A model generated the notes under the pieces. That model worked only from the letters and a program-made list of their open reading frames with translations, searched no databases and had not been told where the DNA came from. From Octopus vulgaris (lineage: Eukaryota): a DNA stretch of 64,000 nucleotides. The stretch lies in contig OX597821.1 in assembly GCA_951406725.2 (NCBI GenBank), forward strand, positions 36,704,001-36,768,000, read 5' to 3'. Shown piece after piece: positions 53,035 through 64,000 of the stretch (the first letter of the stretch is position 1; each line of letters begins with the position of its first letter). The position numbers were made by a program, and so were the translations under genes.

Positions 53035-53538
53035 CCCTTATTTTGTGGACGTATTAATAACACGAACCAAGTATGGATTCAGGACATCCGTATACCACAA
53101 GCCGACCTTCACTGAACGATACCTCAACTTAAATTCTTACCATCCATACAGTATAAAGAGAAGGATTGCTCAGTGCCTAAAACATCGTGCAAAGAATATA
53201 AATAGCGATCATGATACCCACCAAGAAGAAATGATTAAGCTAAGTAACAATCTATTAAGCAAAAACTACCCCAAAATCATACTATTCACTCCAATTGTGA
53301 AGAAAAAAGAGGATGAAACCGATAAACTGTCCACAGTCTGTCTACCTTGTATGAAAGGCCTTTCCGAAAAGATACAAAATATATGCGGCCCATATGACAT
53401 CAAGATAGTATTCAAGAGTAATACAACACTTCGCAAATAACTCCTTCGAGTAAAACCACCAATAGAAGAGAATATGACCAAAGACTGCACGAACTCCATC
53501 TCATGCATCTGTGGTATGTTATACAAAGGTGAAACATG
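53035..53538 (+). mobile_element. PLE RT thumb, linker and start of GIY-YIG
   Basis: FVDVLITRT..FRTSVYHKPTFTERYLNLNSYHP..LPCMKGLSEKI..SISCICGMLYKGET. Confidence 0.9.
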
Positions 53539-53549
53539 TATATATATAT

Positions 53550-53628
<79 letters not shown>

Positions 53629-53892
53629 TAAATAAATAATTCAAAACTCTTAAACTATTAAATATATTTATACATTGTATTTATATTTATACATATTTAC
53701 ATATATTTTTATATATAGTAATATTTATTTATACATCTAATTTTAATACAATAACTATTTTCACACGGGGATATCTTTATGAGGAGTTTGGATACTAATT
53801 TCCTTATATTAATAATAATAATATATAATTATAAAACAATTATATATATATACATATATCTATATATACGTATATATACATATATATATATA

Positions 53893-53988
<96 letters not shown>

Positions 53989-53993
53989 CATAT

Positions 53994-54049
<56 letters not shown>

Positions 54050-54325
54050 TCTCACACACACATACATGCATATATATATATACACATATATTTATTCTCA
54101 CATACACATATACATACATATATATACATATATATACATATGTACGTATGTATGTATGTATGTATGTATGTATGTATGTATGTATGTATGCATGTATGCA
54201 TGTGTAAACACTTGAATATAAAAATCGCCGTAAGCAAGAAAGAAAAACTAAATACACGGGTACGTTTGTAATCATTTTAGATAGATACATATATACATAC
54301 ATACAAAGATACATACACAAACATA

Positions 54326-54380
<55 letters not shown>

Positions 54381-55602
54381 TATATACATACAATGAATAC
54401 ATATAAAAATATATATACATACACACACACACAGACACATGTGCCCAATCTCATACACAGACATGCATATACTTACACGCGCGCATTTACATACATTCAC
54501 TCATCACGTTTTGGCTGCATTGATTTACCCGACTCAACCAACCTGCATTCATGCTAGGCTGAACGTCTGACTACTAAATTAAGAATTCAGTGAAACAGAA
54601 GATACAAGCTGTCGACTGGCCATTTGGATTGAGAGAACAAGACAACAGCAAACCCTTCACCGTTATGTTGACATGTCATTCGTCGCTCTACACAACAATG
54701 CAACGATGTCTTACATAAGCAAACGTAAATTCGGCTTTCTTATAGAGTAAAGGGCTTATAAAAGATAATACCTGGTAGAACATTCTTCGACAGTATACTC
54801 TTTCAACTTTTCTTACAGTACTTTATTATTATTTTTATGCATATCTTGTTATTGTTGTTGTTGTTGTTGTTGTCGTTGTCGTTGGCGTCTTTGTCGTCGT
54901 TTGTTGTTGTTTTGTTTTATAGGCGAGTGTATTTATTCTTACCGAAATTTCTATAAGGAACCATAACGAATAATTACGAAATGTGACGACTGATGGCGAA
55001 ATATGACGGAATAAAGGACAAACAAACACTTGACGGACGACGGCAGAGAAATTAACGAGATTCTTTTCATCCAAATGCAAAGACTACTTGATCGGCGATT
55101 TTGCAATTTTTGACAGGCAAGGCATGGCGTGTAATGCTCTGCTCTGCTCTTTGAATAATACGTTATGTCAGTTGAACATCACATAAACACATGCTTATAC
55201 ATACTTGCACATGTACACGCGTACACAAATACAAACAGTATATGAAGTAATGTTATTGTTGCCGTTCACTTGTTATTGCGAGAGTGATGGCGTTTGTGAC
55301 GATTGACGAGGATTAATAAAATCCGGACTAGATGTTTTACAGATATTTACTTCAATTGCTAACGTCTGTACATTCAACAAATCTAACAGAGGTTATAAGA
55401 AAGAAGTTTAAACAATTAACAAGTACTACCCACCTACCAAAACCCGACCGACAAAATCCCTCCATACACACACACACACACAAATACATAGGTGTGCGTG
55501 GCTGTATATAATATATAGTTTACACTATATATACACTTATATGCGTATATATGTACACAAACAACGTCATATATGTTTACGTACATATGTGTGTGCATGT
55601 AC

Positions 55603-55725
<123 letters not shown>

Positions 55726-56106
55726 TAGACATAGCGATATCTATGTACATATATATTTGGACATATGCATGCAAATATGTGTGTGTGTGTAAACATACAT
55801 ATATATATATATAGAGAGAGAGAGAGAGGGAGAGAGAGACAAAGAGGGAGAGAGACATATACAAATATATACATATGATATATATACATATATATAGACA
55901 GACATATATATATATATACATATATATAAATATATATATATATATACATATATAGTATATATGTATGTATGTATATACGTATGTATGTATGTATGTATGT
56001 ATGTATATATAGTATGTATGTATGTATAGTATATATGTATGTATGTATAGTATATATGTATGTATGTATGTATGTATATATATAGTATATATGTATGTAT
56101 ATATAG

Positions 56107-56140
<34 letters not shown>

Positions 56141-56264
56141 TATATATAGTATGTATGTATGTATGTATGTATGCATATATAGTATATATGTATGTATGTA
56201 TATATAGTATATATAGTATGTATGTAATTATGTATGTACAGTAGCCACCTATTTGAAAACATAG

Positions 56265-56424
56265 GTGCAGGAGTACCTGTATGGTAAGAAGCTTTCTTCC
56301 CAGCCACATGGTTCCGGGTTCACTCCCACTACGTAGCACCTTGGACAAGCGACTTCTGCTATAGCCTCGGACCGACCAAAGCCTTAAGAGTGGATCTGGT
56401 AGATAGAAACTGAAAAAAGCCCGT

Positions 56425-56478
<54 letters not shown>

Positions 56479-56682
56479 TAATCCAAACATGAAAACACAA
56501 AGAGAAAACACAACAACGCGAGGACGTGGGAACAAGTATAATGTCATTCGACGCTCAGGAAAGGAAAGATAGAAGGAGGATTTAACGTTTCGAATTGAGC
56601 TCTTCGTCAGAAACATAGGGAAAGGAAAGATCCAATGAAGGGAAAACGGAGGAAAAAATCGCCAACTGTACACACGCGATCA

Positions 56683-56750
<68 letters not shown>

Positions 56751-56970
56751 ATATTTGTGTGTGTGTCTGTGTTTGTTTCCCCCTCCATCGCTTGACAACC
56801 GATGTTGGTATGTTTACGTCCCCGTAACATAGTGGTTCGGCAAAAGGGATCGATAGAATAAGTACTAGTCTTGCAAAGAATAAGTCCTGAGGTCGATCTG
56901 TTGGACTAAAAGGCGGTGCTCCAGCATGGCCACAGTCAAATGACTGAAACAAGTAAAAGAATAAAAGAAG
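56265..56970 (+). mobile_element. SINE family A with an insert in its internal (TA)n
   Basis: Head 56265-56425, tail 56755-56970. Confidence 0.88.
56581..56613 (-). ncRNA. Minimal type I hammerhead with canonical core, within element 56476-56685
   Basis: ttt CUGACGA a gag ctcaa ttc GAAAC GUU aaa; loopless palindromic ACGU stem III. Confidence 0.75.
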
Positions 56971-57100
56971 ATATATATATATATGTAGAAGGTTGAAAAG
57001 TAACACGCGGGTTGATATGTATTGTGGAAAAATTAAATGAAATGTTTTTTCTTAAATATCTCCATAGTTTTCAAATAGGTGGACATTTTCCTTTTGTCTG

Positions 57101-57164
<64 letters not shown>

Positions 57165-57415
57165 TCGCTTAATTTTGTAAAGGCTCAGTAGGTAGGTAGT
57201 TGCAGATTTGAAGAAATATTTCATTTGTGGTATGTTGATTCTGGATTTTGAGTGTTCAAGTAGCAATAGCCACCTATTTGAAAACTATGGAAATATTAAA
57301 TTTCATTTAATTTTTCCACAATTTAATTGTTTTTCATGCTATACTCTAAATTGAAAAAGTCGCAAATACTGAAATGTTCTTCATGATAAAACTATTTTAA
57401 CATTTTCTATCTTGT

Positions 57416-57472
<57 letters not shown>

Positions 57473-57474
<2 letters not shown>

Positions 57475-57669
57475 CGCCATGATAGATCGTTAGCCACTAC
57501 ACACATTTTTTTCTCTCCATGTTTCTCTCCTTGTTTTCTGTGTCCCTTTCTGTAGAAGAGCGTAGGCTCGAAACGTAAAAGACTTTTTCTATTCCTGAGC
57601 GTTATACTAATACATCTGTTTGTTTTGTACACCACCTGTCTTCGTCTTTTGTTGTTTTTCGTAAACTCT

Positions 57670-57672
<3 letters not shown>
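57473..57672 (+). mobile_element. Family E short element between (TA)n tracts; minimal HHR-like motif at 57546-57581
   Basis: cttt CUGUAGA a gagc gtag gctc GAAAC GUA aaag. Confidence 0.75.
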
Positions 57673-57725
<53 letters not shown>

Positions 57726-57866
57726 GTACATATATATGTGTGTGTATATGTATGCGTGTGTGTGTGTGTGTATGAATGTATATGTATATGCGTATCAATG
57801 TCGAGTTAAAATAAAAGCAATTTTAAAATGAAGAATTATTCAATGCATTTTGTAGAGTACATGTTC

Positions 57867-57988
57867 ATTATACTTTTACAAGAAGCGTGGTGACAGTGAC
57901 TTCTAAGTTTCGGTCTGCTCATCCAATGAAGGCTACAGGCCGAAAGTTCTAAGTAACTGTATCGCCACTCTTTTTGTAAAAGTATAAT
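57867..57988. repeat. Imperfect fold-back with decayed HHR-like centre
   Basis: attatacttttaca.../...tgtaaaagtataat; CCAAUGA a ggc tacag gcc GAAA gttc UA. Confidence 0.55.
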
Positions 57989-58112
57989 CAATATATAAGC
58001 AAACATTCACATACATACATACATACATACATACATACATACATACATACATACATACATACATACATACATACATACATACATACAAGCACGCATACAA
58101 GCATACATACAT

Positions 58113-59131
58113 TCACTGAAGATAAGGGGGAAAGAGACCACATATGCTGAACTATTGAGAAATCTGCAGTTACTCTATCCAGATTAAAAGTTCAGGTTTA
58201 TACCTGTAATTATTGGGCCCTGTGATATGTAACGCACTGCTTAAATACCCATCTTAAGAAATTAGGCTTTTCAAAACCTGGAAGGAGAAAGCTAATTCGG
58301 AGTACTACAGATCCAATCCATCACTGGAACTGTAAAAATCTGTAAATCTTTCCAGAAGTTTATCCTTTAAATATATATGAGCTTGTCTAGATATGCAACT
58401 ATGTGCATAAGAATACATACATAAAACATACAAATCTGCACATACATACATACATACATACATACATACATACATACATACATACATACACACATACATA
58501 CATGCATGCATACATACATACATAAATACATACATTATGGCTGCCCCCTCGTTATTGAGTATGGCCATTGCACGAAGCTTAACTGTTACTGGTGTTGTGA
58601 ACGAATGTGACTTTTTAGCCCAGCTAAAGATCTACAATGTCTTGTACGAAATTGGCAACTAAAACCTTTACCGGTAATAGCCGGCTGTAGTTGTAACTGT
58701 ACCCTTGCATGTCGTTTAAGTCCTCCTGCCGAATTACACTCTCTTCCACATGCCCGACAGATATGATTAGTATGGTGTGCTACACCACCACCAGTGGCCA
58801 GGTTGTCACTCATCTGTCTCGTTTTATGACTACGAAGATGACTCATGAGTCCAGCTTTACTGAGGCAGGGTCTTGCACAGACATTGCATGTCAGAATCAA
58901 AGGAAGACCCTTCCCTTCTGGAAGTGTAACAGCGATGCCCTTCCTGACATCCCTCCTTACTTTCTCATGTGCGACTCGAGATTTACATACATACATACAA
59001 ACAAACAAACAAACAAAAATACCCTGTTGTTGATGTTGAAACTCCAATAAAGGAGCCTTGGATCTAGGTTAGAAACCGGCTCTTTCTCCCTTGGCAAGAA
59101 ATCTTGAAATAAACTGAATAATGACATACAT
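58113..59131 (+). mobile_element. RLE-type (R4/Dong-like) LINE 3' end, interrupted by an RTE-like insertion
   Basis: KETTYAELLRNLQLLYPD*KFRFIPVIIG...LKKLGF...LQIQSITGTVKICKSFQKF. The 3' UTR resumes at 58985 and ends aataaactgaataatgacatacat. Preceded by (CATA)n. Confidence 0.8.
58535..58981 (-). mobile_element. LINE 3' end (RTE-like) with three C2H2-type fingers and a (TATG)n tail
   Basis: CNVCARPCLSKAGLMSHLRSH, CRACGRECNSAGGLKRH, CQFRTRHCRSLAGLKSHIRSQH*, short UTR, then tetranucleotide tail. Confidence 0.7.
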
Positions 59132-59359
59132 GTTTGAAGCTTTGATGAAACTATGAGGTGATATGCAAGAAGCACTCAACTATGAGTGAATTGTATTTTA
59201 ATAGCAGAAACAGTTGTAAGCTAACGGAGTTCACCACATAATTCTTGTTCCCTTGTCATTTATATAATCTCTCATTACGTTGTGTACTCGACTAATGCTT
59301 TTCTCTGAAATATACGTTTATTGAGTTCTAACACCAGTTCCAGGTTATTAGTATCATTC

Positions 59360-59470
59360 TAGGCTCGAAACATTAAAGACTTTTTCACTTCCCGAGCGTT
59401 ATACTAATACATGTTTGTTGTCTACACCACCTGTCTTCGTCTTTTGTTGTTTTTATTTTGTGAATTCTCA
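59360..59470 (+). mobile_element. Family E fragment (3' half of HHR onward)
   Basis: taggctcgaaacattaaagactttt..cccgagcgttatactaatac..caccacctgtcttcgtc. Confidence 0.75.
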
Positions 59471-59493
59471 TATATATATAAATACACATACAT

Positions 59494-59569
<76 letters not shown>

Positions 59570-59722
59570 CGTATACATATATATATATATATTTATGTAT
59601 GTATATATGTGTGTGTGTGAGTTTGTATTTATATAAGTATGTATATATATATATATATGTGCGTGTGTGTGTATATTTATATATATATATATGTGTATAT
59701 ATATGTAGAGGGTGTATATGTA

Positions 59723-59756
<34 letters not shown>

Positions 59757-59989
59757 CACGAAATTATATTGTTCGCTACATCTCTTTTTTGTGCGTAATA
59801 ATATTCTTTACAAAAAATATATCTAAAAGTCTTTTGAATTACTTCAACAGTCATACTGCAGTAACTGGCCTATTCACAGTGTTTATACATTAAGTTTAAT
59901 ACATGGATAACTATTTTTATTTAATATTATCTCACTTGTGTTCACGAAGTTTTCATTCAGACGGGCGGCTATTCGCGACATCAGTAAAT

Positions 59990-60260
59990 ACTCCATTCAT
60001 TTGTTTCCTGTATAAGAGAAAATGAATTCTCGTCCGAGCATATGGCTGGCTTCAAATTACGCGTCAATGAAAACACCCAAAAAGGCCGAAATGCATATGG
60101 TGTTCCCAAAGGCTGTTCAGTAACGAATTTTCGTCTCTGGCTGATATTCATTGTGTTAAAAATGCAGCAAGTTCTCAAGAGATGTTATCTCAGAGGGTAA
60201 AACTGCAGTAACTGTTGTATAACGAGATTCTTTACATCCAAATGCATGAAGTATGCTATA
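59990..60260 (+). mobile_element. Repeat family D, second copy; decayed HHR at 60064-60100
   Basis: cgtccga.cat...gctggct and ..ccGAAAtgcaTAtgg shared with 27440-27670. Confidence 0.55.
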
Positions 60261-61059
60261 CAGGTAGGTACGATATGTGTGTGTGTGTTTCTCTTTCTCT
60301 TTCTCTCTCCCTCTCTCTGTATGTATGTATATAGGAATGTATGTATGTATGTATGTATGTATGTATGTATGTATGTATGTATGTATGTATGTATAGAGAA
60401 TAATTTCATTGACTTTGAAATTTTGAAGCTTCGCCGCCCGCTGACCTTTAACATGTCCACATCTTCCTATGATTTGGAAACAATTTCAACAAATCTTTTA
60501 CAGATCTGAACTACCAGCCAACGAGACATATTAGTAACAACACACTGGTCAGTTAGTACGTTCTTAACCTAAATTTGGATTTATTGTGCTTAATATTCAG
60601 CACAGCAAAACAGATTAAAAAATATAAATAAAGATTACTTTAAAATCTCGTTGACAAAATGCACGTTTTATATTTCTGTGTGACTTTATTGTGCTGCTTT
60701 TATTTGTATTTAAGTATCATTATCGAATGCAACAGCTGTTTTATAGGGGAAAGAAAACAACGTATGAATAAGTTAAACGAATGGAAGTTGAAATGAGTTG
60801 GTCTTCTAGTGAACGTGTCAACTTGGCTTTGTTGTTGTTGCTGTTTCTTTTCATGGTGGCTACATCATCGTGACACAGCTGATTGATTACTTTTGTGGCG
60901 TTCTTCGTGACTTGGTTTCCTATTGTGTAAAGATTGATGTCTGTTTAGCACAGAGTTTTGAAAACATTTTAATTGATGTAATTATTATTATTATTATTTA
61001 ATTACTAACATTTTCAAAAGGCTCTGCACTCACACTTCTAGACTAGTAACCGATCTTCA

Positions 61060-61490
61060 ATTCAACCCGACAATTTCATATCACTATTTTGACAAGTATA
61101 ACAAAATATCTTCTTCGCGGAGGAGGTCTAATAAGATCGAAATTATACGGAGTTGTCTCCCATACAAGCTGAAATGAAATAGAAGAGTATTGTAGTTCGC
61201 TTGAATCATTGTGTATTGTTTGTAAAATACAATGTGTCTTGAAATGGCACAACAATGCACTATAATAACAACAATGGATTATAATAACTATAATGCACAA
61301 TGCTTCAAGCGAACTACAATACTCCCCTATCTCTATGTCTGGGCCAGGCCGAGTTCGCAACCGCTAGGGAACTAATCAAGCTATCAGAGAAACGTGCTAA
61401 AATCGGATACCAAATAAACTTTCCTAAACGCTGCCTAAAAAACAACATAATTCCCAACACTATCAGGAACATACAGAATATACATTAGAT
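61060..61490 (+). mobile_element. PLE 5' fragment: HHR-like motif followed by ORF N-terminus
   Basis: cttcg CGGAGGA ggtct aata agatc GAAA tta UA cggag (61113-52). ORF 61300-61488 contains QINFPKRCLKNNIIP, resembling the PLE N-terminal FLxRCxxxxIIP motif. Confidence 0.7.
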
Positions 61491-61526
61491 TTTGGATGAT
61501 TAAACTATAAGAGTTATCATAGTCCG

Positions 61527-61825
61527 TGGAGACGCAATGGCCCAGTGGTTAGGGCAGCGGACTCGCGGTAGGAGGATCGCAGTTTCGATTCCCAGACCGG
61601 GCGTTGAGTGTGTGTTTATTGAGCGAAAACACCTAAGAAAGCTCCACGAGGCCCCGGCAGGGGGTGATGGCGACCTCTGTTGTACTCTTTCGCCACAACT
61701 TTCTCTCACTCTCTCTTCTTGTTTCTAGAGTAACGCTGCGATGGACTGGCATCTCGTCCAGCTGGAAGGAACACAGAAACCAGAAAACCAGGCCCATGAG
61801 CCTGGCTAAGCTTGAAAAGGGCGAC
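61527..61825 (+). mobile_element. tRNA-derived SINE (head type 1, tail type Y)
   Basis: gcaatggcccagtggttagggcagcggactcgcgg..gtttcgattcccagaccggg. Confidence 0.88.
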
Positions 61826-62465
61826 GTTTATCGTTTTATTATAGTCCACTGTTATTCAAGACACACCATATTTTGAAATGAAATTATGTCATTGAACTTT
61901 AAAAATGTTTTCGTCACCCCACAATTATTATTCTTAACTCTTTGACGCGTATTGTATTAAATTATTTAATTCTAAACTCAACTATGTTTTTCTTTTCATG
62001 TAGATAGCACATGTAAGTAAATACAACACTCAATGTTCGTAACACTCTAGCTTGTTTACTACGCTCTCCCCACCTCTCTCATCGTCCCAATTGCAGGAAG
62101 TAACAGTCAAATGTCTTTCAAATTCCAATCAATCATCTAAAAATAAATATGTTATCGGCGTAATTGAGTGTTGGATGTCATATGCCAGAAAAGCAAGTGG
62201 GGGTGGTGTCACGTCTGGAACTCTGGTGAGACGATCAAAATTTGATACACAGCAATGTGAACCATGTAGCACGTAGTTCAACCAAGTTATACCATGAACT
62301 GACAAGACAATATTGTCACACTATCGTCTAGAAACATCAATGAAATCACCCTCAAATTTACTGTTTACTGTCATAAATAAAGAAGGATACATTAGCCACA
62401 CAATCACAGTTACCTCATTTTCTTTCTTTCTCTCTTTCTCATCCTCTCTATCCATATATAAACAA

Positions 62466-62531
<66 letters not shown>

Positions 62532-62702
62532 TTAGAGATAAAACCACTATTAGGCAAATCAAACAGTGAAAAACATAAGCCAATACATAAAATTATATAT
62601 ATATGTATGTATATATGTATATACATATATATAATTATGCATATACGTATATATACACACATATATATACATATACACACACACATATATATAAATACAT
62701 AC

Positions 62703-62738
<36 letters not shown>

Positions 62739-62826
62739 ATGTGTGTGTGTGTATATAACATAGTATGATTATAAACAGGGCAAATTTTAGCCATTTCTCC
62801 GCAGACTGAAAAAAAAATACGATCAA

Positions 62827-62867
62827 TCTTAATCGATTTTCGAACCTTATTGGTTTCTCATCAGAGG
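62827..62867 (-). ncRNA. Minimal type I hammerhead with canonical core
   Basis: cct CUGAUGA gaaacc aataa ggttc GAAA atcga UUA aga; palindromic stem III AAUCGAUU. Confidence 0.7.
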
Positions 62868-63280
62868 CATCCACTTCATTCTGACAGTCTCCAGAGAAAC
62901 AATCAGCCAAACTGTTTATATACTCAACAAATGCAGAACTTACTCAATGAAGGAGTCCCTAATTTGCATACCGAAAGTGTTTAAGACTATATAAATACCA
63001 GCGGCCTGTAAACGGGCATCTTAATCCACAGAGTATCAAGGTATGCAAAATTAAATTATATAAAAGCATGAACTGCATCAAAACGAAATAGTAAAGTCGG
63101 TGTTAGCATTAGTGCAATTAGAAATTTTAATTAATTAAGAGTCATTTAACTAAATGATCGATTCTGGTCAAGAAAGATAGTGTTGGGTTGACAATTCACT
63201 CATTTAATTTAATAAAAATTTATCAAAGCTAGACTGTAGATAATGCAATTTGGAGTTTAATCTTGGCAATTCTGCTACAA

Positions 63281-63321
63281 CTCTGGACATGTTTCGGTCT
63301 TATTAGAGTTCTTCAGTAAAG
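63281..63321 (-). ncRNA. Minimal type I hammerhead, stems partly decayed
   Basis: cttta CUGAAGA actct aata agacc GAAA cat GUC cagag; stem III ACAUGU palindrome. Confidence 0.65.
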
Positions 63322-63661
63322 ATGACTAGTAAGGTTAGTACTACCTAGTTCTAACTAGTAAGATCAGACTAGTTAACCAAGGTAGTATGCTTTGTTGCAT
63401 TTGGCATCAACAGGTATAATTGACTCTCCCGTCGAAGACAACGCATGAGAGTTCAGCTTTTGCCGAACGGCCTGCACAAATGATTTGTTTAAAGTGATCA
63501 AATGTATGTGCCGCATATTGACTCGCTCTCTCCATCAAATTGACGTTATGTACTGTATTTATATGAATAATATATAGTCTATTGACTAAATTTTTACACG
63601 CTAGGCCAATGGTAATGGAAATTTCTAATATTTCTGATCACCCTTTCTGATCACTATATTA

Positions 63662-63707
<46 letters not shown>

Positions 63708-63729
63708 ATGTGTGTGGGTGTATCTCTTA

Positions 63730-64000
63730 TCTTTTACTTGTTTCAGTTATTTGATTGGGGCCATACTGGGACACCGTCTTGAAGGGTTTTAATCGAAGAA
63801 ATTGAATCCAGGACTTTTTTCTAAGCCGAATACTGATGCTACCGGTATCTTTTTACGAGCCGCTAAGTTACGGGGACGTAAGCACACCACCACCGGTTGT
63901 CAAGCGGTGGCGGGAAACAAACACAGACACAAGGACGCACACATAGATATATATATTTTTTCAGCTTCTGTCTACCAAATCCACTCACAAGGCTTTGGTC
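63730..64000 (-). mobile_element. SINE family A, running off the window
   Basis: cttttacttgtttcagttatttga...ctaccaaatccactcacaaggctttggtc. Confidence 0.85.

Overview
AT-rich, microsatellite-dense eukaryotic DNA, intronic or intergenic in character. It is probably cephalopod (octopus-like); I infer that from the SINE families and the (TA)n/(TACA)n/(GATA)n load and have not verified it. No host protein-coding gene could be supported, and nearly all ORFs in the track are microsatellite read-through. The window is a mosaic of tRNA-derived SINEs, decayed LINEs (CR1-group, RTE, RLE/R4-like), Penelope-like element (PLE) fragments and DNA transposon relics (mariner, Tc1, Tigger/pogo, hAT, Merlin-like). 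By eye there are about 20 hammerhead ribozyme (HHR) or HHR-like motifs. Most sit in short non-coding elements abutting (TA)n, consistent with PLE pLTRs or retrozymes. The main finding is at 261-348 and 22389-22484, with a partial third copy near 49612-49660. These carry all HHR core nucleotides and covarying helices, but the strand order (UH strand, then GAAA strand, then CUGAUGA strand) is not a type I, II or III circular permutation. This makes it a candidate pseudoknotted or obligately dimeric HHR architecture. All structures were paired by eye, and element boundaries are approximate unless a TSD or TIR is cited.
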